Origin: Tolypothrix carrinoi HA7290-LM1
GTDB lineage: Bacteria > Cyanobacteriota > Cyanobacteriia > Cyanobacteriales > Nostocaceae
Direction of reading: 5' to 3'
DNA length: 64,000 bases
NCBI GenBank assembly: GCA_019358935.1
Contig: JAHHIK010000006.1
Span: 1-64,000 of the forward strand
The notes beneath the pieces were generated by a model that was given only the letters and a program-made list of their open reading frames with translations, was not told where the DNA came from and searched no databases. The translations under genes and the position numbers were made by a program. Shown piece after piece: positions 20,694 through 32,617 of the stretch (within the stretch, counting starts at the first letter, position 1; each line of letters begins with the position of its first letter).

Positions 20694-23027
20694 ATGATAA
20701 CTTTGATGGTTGGTTTATTCACCTGCTTGGGAGCAATCTTAATTATCTTATGTATCTCAAATTCTCTTTTGGCAAAAATCAGAAACATACAAGCGGCTAA
20801 TCAGATAAACACCAACTATTTAAGTAGAAAAATCTCGCTAGATAGTAAGAAAAACGAGTGCGGAGTTATTAACAGCAACAAGCAAATATTGTTTCAAACA
20901 GATAATTGGGGTAGGTGGACATTTCTCAATTTGGTATGGACAGAAATAACTGGATTTACAATTGCAGAAAGTATTGGGACGAGTTTTTTAAATTATATTC
21001 ATCCAGAAGACCGCCAACGCAACTTAGAATTATTGAAAATTCTTAAGATACAGCAAATAAAAGACTACGTATATGAAACTCGTTACATAACCAAAGATGG
21101 TGGTTGTCGTTGGTTAGAAGTTCATATCGAAATTACATTTGATAGTGAAAGTCAAATTGTCAGTACTTTTGGCTTCTTAAAAGATATTAGTTCTCGCAAA
21201 CAACATATAAATGCTTTGTTTTCAGCAGAAGATGCACTTGAAACATTGATTAAAGAAAAGCGTACACCCGAATTGCAAAGGGAAATTAGCGAACGCAAGC
21301 GTGTACAAAAAGAATTAGAAAAATCCCTTTCTTTGCAACAAGCAACACTAGAATCCACCGCCGATGGTATTTTAGTGGTGGATAATAAAGGTAATATTAC
21401 AGGTTTTAATCAAAAGTTTGTGCAAATGTGGTGTATTCCTGACTCACTGATGGAGTCAGGAAATTACAGAAAAGCTCTGAGAATGGCGATAAAAGAGTTA
21501 CAAGACTCCAGACAGTATCTTGCTACTGTGAGAGAATTATACCTTAACCTAGACGCACAAATTTATGATGCGATCGCCTTCAAAGATGGCAGAGTATTTG
21601 AGCGTTATTCGCAACCGCAGCGCATTGCTGGCAAAATCGTCGGCAGAGTTTGGAGTTTTCGTGATGTCACCGCTCACAAATTAGCAGAAGCCAAAATTCG
21701 TCATCAAGCTTTGCATGACCTTTTGACTGATTTACCTAACCGAGTACTATTCAATGAAAGGCTTTCTGAGTCATTGGCACAAGCGCGTGAAAAAAAAGAA
21801 AAACTAGCTGTGTGCTTTTTGGATTTAGACCGCTTCAAAACTATTAATGATACACTAGGTCATGCCCTTGGCGATAAATTGTTGCAAAGTGTGGCTCAAC
21901 GTCTCACCAAATATCTGCGTTCAAGTGACTTTATTGCGCGTTGGGGAGGTGATGAATTCACCTTACTTTTGCCGGAAATTAATGATGCTAAAGAAGCAGC
22001 TTATATTGTCCAAGATATATTGGCAGCATTAAAACCAGGATTTGATATAGAAAATCATCATTTGCATATCAGCGCTAGTATTGGAATTGCGCTGTATCCG
22101 ATGCATGGAGAAGACGGAGAAACCTTAATTAAAAATGCCGATGCAGCATTATCTCGCGTTAAGTCACAAGGACGAAATAATTATCAGTTTTATCACTCAG
22201 CTATAAATTCTCAAGCATCCGAATTATTAAGTTTAGAAAATAGCTTGCATTATGCTTTAGAGCGGGAAGAATTTATAGTTTATTATCAACCGCAAATTAA
22301 CATCAGTACAGGTGAAATTATCAAGATGGAAGCCTTGCTGCGTTGGCAACACCCAAAACTAGGTTTAATTTATCCAGAAAAATTTATTCCACTTGCCGAA
22401 GAAACCGGACTGATTGTCACAATTGGTGAATGGGTTCTCAAAACTGCCTGCGCTCAAAATAAAGCTTGGCAAGATACTCTTGGTTTTCCATCATTATCTA
22501 TAGCCGTTAATCTATCTGCACGGCAATTTCAGCAATCTAATTTAGTTAATTTAGTAACGCAGATATTATTAGAAACTAAATTGAATCCTAAGTATTTAGA
22601 ATTAGAAATTACCGAAAGTATTGCCATGCATAATGCTGAATTTACAACAGCAATTTTGAATGAAATAAATAATATGGGTGTTTGTATATCCATAGATGAT
22701 TTTGGCACTGGATATTGTTCTTTCAATTATTTAAAAAAATTTCCCATTCACGCTTTAAAAATTGACAAATCTTTTGTGCGCGATTTGACTAAGAATAGTA
22801 ATGATGCCGCAATAATAACTGCGATAATCGCTTTGGCACATGGACTGAATCTTGCAGTTGTTGCCGAAGGAGTGGAAACTGAAGAACAACGTAATTTATT
22901 ACGAATTTTAGAATGTGAATTAATGCAAGGATATTTTTTCAGTCGTCCTGTATTAGCTGAAGATGCTACGAAACTATTACGAAAAAGCAAATCTCCCCGG
23001 TTAAGTGCCTCTCGTTTAGTTGCATGA
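20694..23027 (+). CDS. PAS-PAS-GGDEF-EAL c-di-GMP enzyme
   Basis: [45 protein letters not shown]. Confidence 0.93.
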   Translation: MITLMVGLFTCLGAILIILCISNSLLAKIRNIQAANQINTNYLSRKISLDSKKNECGVINSNKQILFQTDNWGRWTFLNLVWTEITGFTIAESIGTSFLNYIHPEDRQRNLELLKILKIQQIKDYVYETRYITKDGGCRWLEVHIEITFDSESQIVSTFGFLKDISSRKQHINALFSAEDALETLIKEKRTPELQREISERKRVQKELEKSLSLQQATLESTADGILVVDNKGNITGFNQKFVQMWCIPDSLMESGNYRKALRMAIKELQDSRQYLATVRELYLNLDAQIYDAIAFKDGRVFERYSQPQRIAGKIVGRVWSFRDVTAHKLAEAKIRHQALHDLLTDLPNRVLFNERLSESLAQAREKKEKLAVCFLDLDRFKTINDTLGHALGDKLLQSVAQRLTKYLRSSDFIARWGGDEFTLLLPEINDAKEAAYIVQDILAALKPGFDIENHHLHISASIGIALYPMHGEDGETLIKNADAALSRVKSQGRNNYQFYHSAINSQASELLSLENSLHYALEREEFIVYYQPQINISTGEIIKMEALLRWQHPKLGLIYPEKFIPLAEETGLIVTIGEWVLKTACAQNKAWQDTLGFPSLSIAVNLSARQFQQSNLVNLVTQILLETKLNPKYLELEITESIAMHNAEFTTAILNEINNMGVCISIDDFGTGYCSFNYLKKFPIHALKIDKSFVRDLTKNSNDAAIITAIIALAHGLNLAVVAEGVETEEQRNLLRILECELMQGYFFSRPVLAEDATKLLRKSKSPRLSASRLVA

Positions 23028-23081
23028 GATGTTGTAGAGACGTTCCATTGGAACGTCTGTACAAAAGGAGCGGAGTTACTT

Positions 23082-24623
23082 TTAAAAGTAATCTACGCGT
23101 GCATCTAAACCGCGCGATCGCAAATCTCTAGAAAGCTGTTCTGCTTGGGTGCGATCGCTAAATGCTCCCGCATTCACATAATTACCCAATCTCGATTCAG
23201 CGGGGAAAGCGTTAGGTACATATTGACGCACTATGTTGAGAGTATTGTTATTGGAAATTGGCACTACTACTACATAGCGATTACTGTTAGGACGATTCGC
23301 TACCGGCGAACCATTCAACCCTAATACTTGCCAAGTTTGCGAATCGACAACCCCAGTCGGATTGAGTCGATAATATTGTTGGAATGCAATTACAGACGAT
23401 CTGGTGTATTCGCTGAAATAACCGTCAGGATAGCCATTAAAGTAACCTAACTGCGCTAAACGCTCTTGGAGCGCTCTAACATTATCTCCCCTGTCACCTA
23501 CAGAGATATAATTTTTGTTGGGTTGATTTTGATTAGCATATCTATCTTCCCAGGCTCTACGTACAGCTTCGAGTATTTGAATGTCGGCAATTCCATCGGC
23601 ATAAAGCCTATAATCTTGTTGGAATCGACGCAAAGCATCTATGGTCACAGGACCTACATTACCAGTTGGATTAGTGTTAAAATAACCGAGATCGCGCAAA
23701 CGCTGTTGCAGTTCTCTGATTTGCTCAGTAGAGATACTGACTCCTGGTGGAGTCGGTTCCTGAGAAGTTCTCAGTAATGCGTCCCAAGTTTGGCGATTTG
23801 CCACACCATTAGCAGGTAAACCGGAATTGCGTTGAAATGCAATTAGAGCATTTCTGGTAATCGATCCAAAGCGACCGGTGGGATTAGTATTAAAATAACC
23901 CGCCTGTTGCAATAACTGTTGTAGTCTGGTTACCGCTGGACCACTGCTATTTTCAGAGAGAACAGGATATTCATCATTTTCACCTTCACCACGACTGATG
24001 AGTATTGCTTCTATTGCTTGTTTGGTTCTAGAACCGACAACACCATCACCACGCAATCCAGAAGCTTGTTGGAATCTAATCACTGCTTGCTGAGTATCTA
24101 AACCAAAGTAACCACTAACTGGACCGTAAAAGTAACCTAGTTGGCGTAAATTTTGTTGCAGTCTGGAGACGCTAGCACCGCGACTACCTTGCCGCAAGTC
24201 GCCGGTGACTGTACCTCCAGGGTTTCTAGCTTGACATGCTTGTTGCAGTGATCGCTCAGTGCTGATACCCACAACTCCATCAGCAGGTAGTCTATTAGCA
24301 CGCTGAAATCCGATTACAGCCTTCTGAGTCAAGGAAGCAAACTTACCCGTCACAGGACCTTTAAAGTAGCCTAACTTTTTCAAACAACTTTGGGTATTTC
24401 TGACATCATTACCGTTACTTCCCAGCTTCTGAAGTGCCATAGCTTGTCCAGCTATACTTAAAATACCCATAGTTAGCGCTACAGACAAAAAACGCATCGC
24501 GGCAACGCTCTTGAAGTTTCTCCAATTATTAAAAAATTTAAAATTCACGCCCACAGGAACAACCTCGATGCTTTCAGATGCCTCGTGGGTTGAGACTACA
24601 CCAAAATTACCAATGGTTTCCAT
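23082..24623 (-). CDS. Protein with multiple peptidoglycan-binding (PG_binding_1) repeats
   Basis: About five repeats of LQ..L..LGY....G.FG..T..AV..FQ...L..DGVVG. Confidence 0.88.
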   Translation of the reverse strand: METIGNFGVVSTHEASESIEVVPVGVNFKFFNNWRNFKSVAAMRFLSVALTMGILSIAGQAMALQKLGSNGNDVRNTQSCLKKLGYFKGPVTGKFASLTQKAVIGFQRANRLPADGVVGISTERSLQQACQARNPGGTVTGDLRQGSRGASVSRLQQNLRQLGYFYGPVSGYFGLDTQQAVIRFQQASGLRGDGVVGSRTKQAIEAILISRGEGENDEYPVLSENSSGPAVTRLQQLLQQAGYFNTNPTGRFGSITRNALIAFQRNSGLPANGVANRQTWDALLRTSQEPTPPGVSISTEQIRELQQRLRDLGYFNTNPTGNVGPVTIDALRRFQQDYRLYADGIADIQILEAVRRAWEDRYANQNQPNKNYISVGDRGDNVRALQERLAQLGYFNGYPDGYFSEYTRSSVIAFQQYYRLNPTGVVDSQTWQVLGLNGSPVANRPNSNRYVVVVPISNNNTLNIVRQYVPNAFPAESRLGNYVNAGAFSDRTQAEQLSRDLRSRGLDARVDYF

Positions 24624-25168
24624 AATTTTTCCAAGTTTTCGGGTTATAAAAATTTTTTGTTGCAGTATTTACCTTGCACGCTAACCTAGGTTGTTGATGT
24701 CAGTTGACAAGTTTATGTCTGTATGCTGGCGACTGTTGGCTACAACAGTCAATCATCTACAAATGGTTTTGTAGTGATTAACAACACATCGATAGAGTTG
24801 CTTTCCGGTAAGGTTGCAATTTTTTTTGCTATTAGAATACCATGTACAACAAAAACTTTAAAACCACTTAATTCCACCTTGGTTAAAAAGTTATTTCTGG
24901 CAGATTTGAGTTGGTTAATTCAAATTGCGTTTTTGAATCAAGATACTTATTTTATGATATAATTAAATGCTCTGATTTAGAATCCCGGTTTTTTCAAGAA
25001 ACCGGGATTCTAGGTGCGAGAGGACGCAGAGTTCACAGGAAAAAGGTTTATTGCCGTTTTTGCGCTAATTCCTAACTTTTATTCATGAACGAGGTTGACA
25101 AAAAAGCGTGAAAACTGCTCTTTCCTACTTTCTACTCCCCACTCCCCACTCCCCACTCCCCACTCCCT

Positions 25169-25696
25169 TCATTGTTGCGTTGGTTGGGAATTATCTTGAG
25201 CGTCAACTTTTTGAGTATTACCTGCTTTTACCCAACCTTCTTTATCGCTACCTTCGAGGCGAATTTTTTGCCAGACTTTATCTGCGCTTTCTTCCAAAAC
25301 GACAATTTTTTGATTAAAACCAACTCCACCAACACGTTCAGCATCCTGTTTTGCTTCTGCTCGCAAAATCAAGCCTTGAGACCAACTAACAATAGCAGGG
25401 TAAGCTCCCGGTGGCAATGGCTTTTTTGATTCAGTAGTATCGGGTGATAAAGTGGGAGTGGGGTTTGGTTTGGGAGTTTGGGCTTCAACAGGGGTAGGGG
25501 TGAGTGCGGGTGATGCTCCTGGAGTTTTGGGAGCTTGTGCTTTTATCTCTGGTGAATCATTAGCAAAAATCGGTTTAGTCGCAGGTATGGCAGTTCGATT
25601 CATAAAATAGAGCGCAATTGCAACGCCACCACCAATTAAAACAACGATCGCCAAGAAAATCCCAAGTATATACTTTAGTACGTTAGAAATTATCAT
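25169..25696 (-). CDS. SH3-domain membrane-anchored protein
   Basis: N-terminal TM, Pro/Thr linker, GLILR...WQKIR...EGWVKAGN. Confidence 0.8.
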   Translation of the reverse strand: MIISNVLKYILGIFLAIVVLIGGGVAIALYFMNRTAIPATKPIFANDSPEIKAQAPKTPGASPALTPTPVEAQTPKPNPTPTLSPDTTESKKPLPPGAYPAIVSWSQGLILRAEAKQDAERVGGVGFNQKIVVLEESADKVWQKIRLEGSDKEGWVKAGNTQKVDAQDNSQPTQQ

Positions 25697-25804
25697 ATTT
25701 AGAACCTTTGCACCATAGAAGTTAAGAGTTAAGGGTTAAAGTGAAAGATTATAACTCATAACTCTTAACTCCTGTACAGACGCGACCGGTCGCGTCTGTA
25801 CTTA

Positions 25805-27322
25805 TTATTGCAGTTGTCGTTGAATGCGATCGCTTAAAGGATTGTGTTTCGATGCCAAACGCGCTCTCCCCGATGCTGCCCATTCTTGCAGTTTCTGAAT
25901 TTGCTCCACAGCGGTTCGCGCTAGGGGTATAATCTGACTGGCTGCTTCGAGAATATCGTCGGTAGCAAAGTCGCGGTTTTGGCTAAACCCGATATGCATC
26001 GCTTCCACTAAAGTTTGCTCAATCTCCGCACCAGAAAAATCCGGCGTTTCGTAAGCTAGCCTGTCTATTTCATAACTTTTCAAGTTATGCGGTCGCAGTC
26101 GGGATAAATGAACGTTAAAAATTGCTTTTCTTTCTTCTTGGGTGGGTAAACCAACAAAGAAAATTTCATCAAATCGCCCTTTCCGCAGCATTTCTGGCGG
26201 TAGGGCTTGAATGTCGTTGGCGGTAGAGACGACAAACACAGGTGAGGTTTTCTCGGCTAACCAGGTAATAAATGTGCCAAATACGCGGCTAGTAGTTCCC
26301 GCATCACCTTTGCTACCAAGCCCGGAAAAGGCTTTGTCTATTTCATCTATCCACAAAATGCATGGCGCGAGAGCCTCAGCAACTTGTATCATTTGGCGCG
26401 TGCGCGATTCAGATTCACCCACCAAACCACCAAATAACCGTCCGACATCCAGACGTAGTAAAGGTAAATGCCAGTGATGGGCGATCGCTTTTGCCGTTAA
26501 TGATTTACCAGTTCCTTGAATACCCACCAACATTAAACCACGCGGGTGCGGTAATCCGTACTGACGCGCTCTATCAGTAAAAGAACCACCCCGACGCAGC
26601 AGCCAATCTTTCAGGTTATCCAATCCGCCGATATCAGATATTTGCTCAGTAGCGGGGTAAAAGTCCAAAATTTGCGTTTGGCGAATAGTTTGCCGCTTTT
26701 CTTCCAAAACCAAATCTACATCTTCTGGTTGCAACTCGCCATGAGTAGCGATCGCTCTAGCCAAAACTCGGCGAATTCTTTCCATCGAAAGCCCTTGACA
26801 AGAGCGCACCAAGTCATCTAAAACTTTACCAGAAAGTGAATTACCACCAGTTGCCATCAACAAACGTTCTATCTCTCCTTTGATTTCTGGGGCTGCCGGT
26901 AAAGGAAACTCCAAAACCGTCAGAACTTCAGTTAAATCGTCCGGGATGGCGATTTTCGGCGACAATAGAACGATATTTTTCGGTTGAGACTTGAGAAGAC
27001 GGGCGAGATTGCGGAGTTTGCGAGCGATCGCCACATCTTCTAAAAAGCGATGATAATCTCTTAAAATCAACACCGCCGGCGCAGAAGCCGATAACTTCTC
27101 CACAAACTCCAAAGCTTGTAGCGGGTTGCGACGACCAAACCCCGCATCATTCGGATTGCCTTGGTAGCCATCCACAAAATCCCAAGTATACACCGGACGA
27201 TTGCCCTGGTTTGCCGCTTCTTCCCGAATCGCTGCTTCTACCCGTTCCTCCTCATAAGTAGGAATGTAGATTAAAGGATAACGAGCGCGTAGCAGCAGTT
27301 TAAACTCTTCACGGAAGGTCAT
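25805..27322 (-). CDS. ycf46: Ycf46-like AAA+ ATPase
   Basis: DIGGLDNLKDWL, GIQGTGKS, LWIDEIDK, RKGRFDEIFF. Confidence 0.92.
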   Translation of the reverse strand: MTFREEFKLLLRARYPLIYIPTYEEERVEAAIREEAANQGNRPVYTWDFVDGYQGNPNDAGFGRRNPLQALEFVEKLSASAPAVLILRDYHRFLEDVAIARKLRNLARLLKSQPKNIVLLSPKIAIPDDLTEVLTVLEFPLPAAPEIKGEIERLLMATGGNSLSGKVLDDLVRSCQGLSMERIRRVLARAIATHGELQPEDVDLVLEEKRQTIRQTQILDFYPATEQISDIGGLDNLKDWLLRRGGSFTDRARQYGLPHPRGLMLVGIQGTGKSLTAKAIAHHWHLPLLRLDVGRLFGGLVGESESRTRQMIQVAEALAPCILWIDEIDKAFSGLGSKGDAGTTSRVFGTFITWLAEKTSPVFVVSTANDIQALPPEMLRKGRFDEIFFVGLPTQEERKAIFNVHLSRLRPHNLKSYEIDRLAYETPDFSGAEIEQTLVEAMHIGFSQNRDFATDDILEAASQIIPLARTAVEQIQKLQEWAASGRARLASKHNPLSDRIQRQLQ

Positions 27323-27511
27323 GAACTTACTCCTATCAACCCTTATATTGTCACCATTCCTACTAAATCGCGTACCAAAGCAATTTGAAACTTAAAAAAC
27401 TCTTTTAACTTTAAACACTTACGCAAAAACTCTCTCTCTTCCTCATTCCTCTGTGAACTCTGCCCCTCTGCGGTTCGTTTTTCCATCTCTTGCCTAAGTC
27501 CAACTCCCAAC

Positions 27512-27540
27512 ACAAAAAAACCCTCCCCGTAAGGAGGGTG
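27512..27540 (-). terminator. Probable intrinsic terminator of 27552-27929
   Basis: ACCCTCC-CCGTAA-GGAGGGT hairpin followed by a T-run on the minus strand. Confidence 0.6.
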
Positions 27541-27551
27541 AGAATTAAAGT

Positions 27552-27929
27552 TTACAAGTTTAACACATCGATCGCTTGTTCCAAGTGCAACTTCGCCTTA
27601 TAAATAGAAAGCAGCATCTGTTGGTCAAAACCGCTAGGATAAGCCATCCTTCTGCCCTCCATCGTCATTTTAATCAGTGCTGAATGTTCATCAGTGGGTG
27701 TACCCATCTCATCCAAGCATTCCCCGATAGCTTCAAATTTGTTCCAGCTAGGTCTTTTTAATCCCCTAACCTCTCTGATTTGCTTGATAGCTAACTCAGG
27801 AAATGTCATGAGGGAGGTGATGTAGCTGATTTTATAACCTGGGTTGCCTGTTGGTTTAATGCCGTACTTGCGGCATAAATCACGTAATTCGTTGAGAGTT
27901 TTAATTTCGAGTTGCGATCGTGTAAACAT
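27552..27929 (-). CDS. Hypothetical protein with N-terminal HeH/SAP/Rho_N-like helical motif
   Basis: LEIKTLNELRDLCRKYGIKPTG..K..YITSL. Confidence 0.65.
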   Translation of the reverse strand: MFTRSQLEIKTLNELRDLCRKYGIKPTGNPGYKISYITSLMTFPELAIKQIREVRGLKRPSWNKFEAIGECLDEMGTPTDEHSALIKMTMEGRRMAYPSGFDQQMLLSIYKAKLHLEQAIDVLNL

Positions 27930-28046
27930 AATATTGTCTACTTCTCAAAGTGGACTTAGTGGCTATCCGCCGTGGAAAGTTGATAGCCACTAATTATTTA
28001 TATATTGGTTAACCTGCTAATAAGTCAATACTCGTATAGTTTCTTA

Positions 28047-28256
28047 ATGGCTCGAAAAGGTGGAAATCCAGATTTAAAAAATTATGGCTTTTCTCCGTCA
28101 GGAGATGAGCCTTTAAATAAAATGCTTGCAGTTAAGGTTACAAAGTCAATATATCAACGAGTAAAAAGCTTATCCGATCCCTCAGGATTTATGCGTCAAG
28201 CTATTCTGGATGCTTTAGACAAATTAGATCAATCTGAAGATTCTATTGAAAAATAG
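28047..28256 (+). CDS. Small putative ribbon-helix-helix DNA-binding protein
   Basis: MARKGGNPDL...KMLAVKVTKSIYQRV...SGFMRQAILDAL: a beta-strand plus two helices. Confidence 0.6.
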   Translation: MARKGGNPDLKNYGFSPSGDEPLNKMLAVKVTKSIYQRVKSLSDPSGFMRQAILDALDKLDQSEDSIEK

Positions 28257-28359
28257 CGGCTGTTAAATAACCGACATTTTTCAAGGTGCAGCGTTGCGTG
28301 TATAAAGGCTAGCAAAATTAAAATTAAAGTATCCCCATGCCAGCTTAACAAATCAACTT

Positions 28360-28641
28360 ATGACAGAAGGCGATCGCATCAACCGAATGGAAGATCAGCT
28401 AATTGACATGCGTTTAGCAGTTAGCGCTCTTCTTGAAACAGTTACCCAGCATCAACGCAATTTTGAAACGATTCAGCGCAATTTTCAAACTATGCAGGGC
28501 AATTTTGATACCGTTGTGGCGGAAATTAGAGACATTCGCATAGAGATGCTGCAAATGCAATCAGAAATTAGAGGTTTACAAACTGAAAATAGCCGCATTC
28601 TCGATATATTGCAAAATCGCAACACTGAAGGTGAATCTTGA
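28360..28641 (+). CDS. Small coiled-coil hypothetical protein
   Basis: Heptad repeats QRNFETI/QRNFQTM, EIRGLQTEN. Confidence 0.7.
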   Translation: MTEGDRINRMEDQLIDMRLAVSALLETVTQHQRNFETIQRNFQTMQGNFDTVVAEIRDIRIEMLQMQSEIRGLQTENSRILDILQNRNTEGES

Positions 28642-28895
28642 ACCCCACCCAACTTATCGTTCCCAGTCTCAGACTGGAAATGCTATAAGTGAGGGTTGCT
28701 GTCTCACATATTATAGAATCTGTGGAGGCAACAGCCCCCAGCAAGGCGTTCCCAGCCAGAGACTAAAACGATAAACGAGAATATGGTGCCCTGCTGCGTT
28801 AACGCACCCTACAAGCTGGGAACTAGCCCGCGTAGGTGTTCCTTGTTCGCGCAACGCCCCGGCTTCGATGCCTGCGGGCGTGGGAACGTACGAAC

Positions 28896-29402
28896 CTATC
28901 CGGGAAGTTCTTTTTTCAAAGCTTCTAACCCAGCCCAGCGCCGATCTACTGGTTTTTCCGAGTTACTAGCAGTAGTTGGAGTAATACCCGGACAGTTCTT
29001 ATCGCACAACTGACGCTGAGGTATTGCTAAACACATTTGCTCGTACAGCCATTCACTAGGATAAAAATATCCCTCTGGCGATAAAGTTTCTAACAAATCC
29101 TCCATAGCCACTTCTCGCTCTAAAGGCAAGTCTTCTGTTTCATTAGCGGCTTCATCTAACCAAATAATTTCTTTTGTATCAAGTACTACACGTTGATTGT
29201 AGTTTTGCAAGCAGCGGTTACAGGTACAGGTAATAATTGCTTCTGCTTGACCGGACACTTGCAGGTAATTTCCTAGATGCTGGACGCGGATGTTACCGCG
29301 AACTGGTGTCAACGTTTCTAAACCGGGCAGAAATTCTTTAACCTGAATCTCCTCTGTCCGCTCCGGGGCTTTAGTTAGCTGCGGAATGTAAATCGCGTCC
29401 AT
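28896..29402 (-). CDS. YceD/DUF177 family protein
   Basis: MDAIYIPQL, CNRCL, EQMCLAIP..LC...C.G, DRRWAGL. Confidence 0.88.
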   Translation of the reverse strand: MDAIYIPQLTKAPERTEEIQVKEFLPGLETLTPVRGNIRVQHLGNYLQVSGQAEAIITCTCNRCLQNYNQRVVLDTKEIIWLDEAANETEDLPLEREVAMEDLLETLSPEGYFYPSEWLYEQMCLAIPQRQLCDKNCPGITPTTASNSEKPVDRRWAGLEALKKELPG

Positions 29403-29588
29403 AGGATTGTGAGACATCAAGAACGAAAAGTTATCATTATCAGCATTTCTGCTGATTTTACATTATTTAGTTTAGCTTTTACTATATGCGCGTGCGATCG
29501 CAACTATTTACGGTTTTCCGAAATTTATTATTAAAGACGCGATGTTTTTCGCGTCCAATCAAAAATCAATCTAGATTTGGAAATAAAA

Positions 29589-30110
29589 TTATTCCAAACG
29601 AGCAGGACGCACCACAAGCAAACGATGCGGTTCTTTGCCTCGGCTGTAAGTTTCCAAATCACTAAAATCCTGAAAAAAGGTGTGGATTTGACGACGTTCG
29701 GCGGAACTTAAAGATTTAATTTCCACTTCTCTACCAGTAGCACGCGCTTCTTCAGCCGCAGATAAAGCCAAATGGCGAATTTCCGCTTGTCTTTTGACGC
29801 GGTAGCCGTTCAACTCGATTGTGTACGAGGCTTGCTGATCCTCTGATTGGTTCAAGTTGAGGACGGAGTTAGCCAAATACTGAATCGCATCTAGTACTGA
29901 ACCATCAGTACCAATTAAGACCCGAATTTGTTCTGGTGTTAAATTGCTTTCATCAATCGTCAACCAGTAGTTATCAAGTTCTTGAAACTCCCCATCCTGA
30001 CCTTGAGTGGTTTCTATTCCACCCGTAATCTCAGCATTTACACCAGTTATGTGCAGCAGTGTTTTTAACCACTGCTGACCACGTTGCATCGGTTCTGCTG
30101 CTTTCATCAA
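29589..30110 (-). CDS. jag: Jag/KhpB-like KH-R3H RNA-binding protein
   Basis: [21 protein letters not shown] (R3H), SRGKEPHR; follows yidC. Confidence 0.88.
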   Translation of the reverse strand: MMKAAEPMQRGQQWLKTLLHITGVNAEITGGIETTQGQDGEFQELDNYWLTIDESNLTPEQIRVLIGTDGSVLDAIQYLANSVLNLNQSEDQQASYTIELNGYRVKRQAEIRHLALSAAEEARATGREVEIKSLSSAERRQIHTFFQDFSDLETYSRGKEPHRLLVVRPARLE

Positions 30111-31252
30111 CCTGTAGCCTTTTTCTTAGAACTTTTTGGCTCAAAGGGCAGCGCCTTTTGTCCGGCGCTTTCTTCCTGTTTTTTCTCAGATTCTACGATT
30201 TTTTGTAGTTCCTCTGGTAGCGGTTCGCGGGAAAGTATATAGGTTTGCAATGTCTGGAAAATATTACCAATCACCATATACATCAGCACCCCGGCAGGCA
30301 GAGGAAAGAATAAAAACATCCCAGAAAAGATAACTGGAGTGATTTTATTTACCGTATCTTGCTGCGGGTTGCCACCACTGGAATTTTGCCCAGAAAGCAT
30401 TTGGCTAACATAAAGGCTGATTCCAAAGAATACGATCATGGCGACGATATCCCAGTGGACTGTGCCATCTGGATCGGTTGCGCCAACTCTGCCTAAAGCA
30501 TCAATGAATAGAAATCCTTTATTTGCCGCTAGTCCGGGAATCGTTCCTTGAATGGTGACATCTCCCGGCTGTAAGGCTTCTACGTTGCCTTCAGCATCAA
30601 TTTTTATCCTATCTTCACCTTTAGTTATTTTCCATTCCGGAACTAACTTAGTTTGCGGGTGTTCTGCTGTAACTGCCTCAAATGGCTTGCCCTCAAGAGT
30701 TTGATATTGTATCTTGGTGTGTTCTCCCACCGCTAATTTGTTACCAGCCGGCAGTATGGCTGTTACTTTAACGTGTTCGCCATCAGCTACGTAGATATTT
30801 TGGGGAGGAGTGGCAAAGGCTTGAGGTTGAATTCTTTCTACTTGATCGGCAGGAAGGATTTGCAAGTTAACGTTATAGTTCGCACCTGCAAAAGGTGAAC
30901 CCCTCAAAGTAGCAAACAACGCCAATAAAACTGGCATCTGCACTAGCAATGGAAAACATCCTGCTAGTGGGTTGCCAAATTCTTTTTGGACGTTCACCAT
31001 TTCTTCTTGCTGCTTTTGCGGATCGTCCTTAAAACGTTCTTTGATTTCCGCCATCCGCTTTTGCATCAGAGGTTGTACAATCCGCATTTTCCGCATGTTG
31101 CGAATTGAACCAGCACTCAGGGGATAGAGCGCAAAGCGGACTATCAATGTCAAAGCAACGATCGCCAATCCATAACTAGGCACAATTCCATAGAACAAGT
31201 CTATGATTGGCAGCATCACGTTGTTCGAGAGAAAGCCGATACCAAAATCCAT
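30107..31252 (-). CDS. yidC: Membrane protein insertase YidC
   Basis: [31 protein letters not shown]. Confidence 0.96.
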   Translation of the reverse strand: MDFGIGFLSNNVMLPIIDLFYGIVPSYGLAIVALTLIVRFALYPLSAGSIRNMRKMRIVQPLMQKRMAEIKERFKDDPQKQQEEMVNVQKEFGNPLAGCFPLLVQMPVLLALFATLRGSPFAGANYNVNLQILPADQVERIQPQAFATPPQNIYVADGEHVKVTAILPAGNKLAVGEHTKIQYQTLEGKPFEAVTAEHPQTKLVPEWKITKGEDRIKIDAEGNVEALQPGDVTIQGTIPGLAANKGFLFIDALGRVGATDPDGTVHWDIVAMIVFFGISLYVSQMLSGQNSSGGNPQQDTVNKITPVIFSGMFLFFPLPAGVLMYMVIGNIFQTLQTYILSREPLPEELQKIVESEKKQEESAGQKALPFEPKSSKKKATG

Positions 31253-31360
31253 TATTGTGAATTCAACCTGAGTTACTGTAAATTGACTGAATCTAATTTA
31301 TCGCTTTTATCGCTCATCATCATAGACGTGCGGCGATATTCCACTACGGATAGCCGCACA

Positions 31361-31600
31361 CGGGGGGGGATGAGGGAGCAGGGGAGGCAGGGGGAGCAGG
31401 GGAGGCAGGGGGGGATGAGGGAGCAGGGGGGAAAGAATTATTCTCATTGTCTCCCTGTCTCCCTGTCCCCTTGTCCTCCTTGTCCTCCTTGTCCTCCTTG
31501 TCCCCCTTGTCCCCCTTGTCTCCTTGTCTCCTTGTCCTCCTTGTCCCCTTGTCCCCCTTGTCTGCTTGTCTGCTTGTCTCCCCCTCTCCCCCTCTCCCCG
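31361..31600. repeat. Inverted 9-mer repeat arrays
   Basis: GGGGAGCAG then CCTTGTCCT tandem units. Confidence 0.85.
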
Positions 31601-31993
31601 TTAATTGTTAACAGTGCCAGTAAAGTTAGGATTTTTGGCAGCAATTCTTTCTAAAATGTAGTCGTAGGTTTCCCGAAATTTGGGAACTGCTCGCATTTCT
31701 AGACGACTACCGTTTCTGAGAGTTAGCACCATATCTCCCCACATGCCAATGCCACGGGGAACTTTGACTACTTTGACAATTTCTGAGTATATTACGTCGG
31801 TGCGATCGCGTCCTCTCCAACCTCCTGTTAATGTTACTCGGCGATCGGTGATGCGGTAGCGCAGCCACAATGCTCTGACAATTGCCCCGACTGTCAATGG
31901 TAAACCTACAACTGTTAGCCCAATCAGCACGTTTATAATTAAATCCCCGATATGGGGACCACCTTCATAATAAACATCTTCTTTAATGCCCAT
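31601..31993 (-). CDS. Bacterial PH-domain membrane protein
   Basis: YYEGGPHIGD, RYRITDRRV, WGDMV; conserved position between rnpA and yidC. Confidence 0.85.
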   Translation of the reverse strand: MGIKEDVYYEGGPHIGDLIINVLIGLTVVGLPLTVGAIVRALWLRYRITDRRVTLTGGWRGRDRTDVIYSEIVKVVKVPRGIGMWGDMVLTLRNGSRLEMRAVPKFRETYDYILERIAAKNPNFTGTVNN

Positions 31994-32399
31994 TTAATAC
32001 CTCAGCTTGTGCCAACAACTGCTCTAATTCTTGCAGAAATTGTTCTCTTACGCACTCTTGTGCGGCTGTTGGTTTGACAATTACTACTAGTCTGAATCCC
32101 GGTAATAATTTGGGCAACAGTTTATGCAAAGCTGCTGCTATCTGCCTTTTGAGCCGATTGCGAACTACTGCCCGTTTGCTGACTTTGGTGCTAATCGAAA
32201 TGCCAATGCGGGTGCTGACAAGATTTGCCGAATCAGTCGGTTGTGTAGTTGTCGCGGCAGCATCCAAAGAAGGCACTCTTGAAGATGACGGTCGTAAGGC
32301 TCTCAATGTTAAATAAGAACCATGACGACGAGTTCCTTCTCGGAAGACTGCCTGAAAATCTTTGCGTGATTTTAGCCGATTTGCTTTAGGTAAAGCCAC
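31983..32399 (-). CDS. rnpA: Ribonuclease P protein component
   Basis: RLKSRKDFQAV, RNR motif KVSKRAVVRNRLKRQI. Confidence 0.95.
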   Translation of the reverse strand: MALPKANRLKSRKDFQAVFREGTRRHGSYLTLRALRPSSSRVPSLDAAATTTQPTDSANLVSTRIGISISTKVSKRAVVRNRLKRQIAAALHKLLPKLLPGFRLVVIVKPTAAQECVREQFLQELEQLLAQAEVLNGH

Positions 32400-32426
32400 A
32401 GATAAATGCGATCGCCTTTAAATACC

Positions 32427-32561
32427 CTAAACGCTCAAACGATGACGCCCCTTTTGTCTCCTAGCCCGGATCACGTTTCTTCCATCCGGTGTCCGCATTC
32501 TGGCACGAAAACCAGAAGTTCTTTTTCTCTTACGGCTAGTGCCACCCAAAGTTCTCTGCAT
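32427..32561 (-). CDS. rpmH: 50S ribosomal protein L34 (44 aa, not in the ORF track)
   Basis: Hand translation: [44 protein letters not shown]. Confidence 0.96.
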   Translation of the reverse strand: MQRTLGGTSRKRKRTSGFRARMRTPDGRNVIRARRQKGRHRLSV

Positions 32562-32617
32562 ACTGTTCTCCTCTTAGGCTTCTATAAAAACTCACAATCT
32601 GGTATTTTACCACATTA

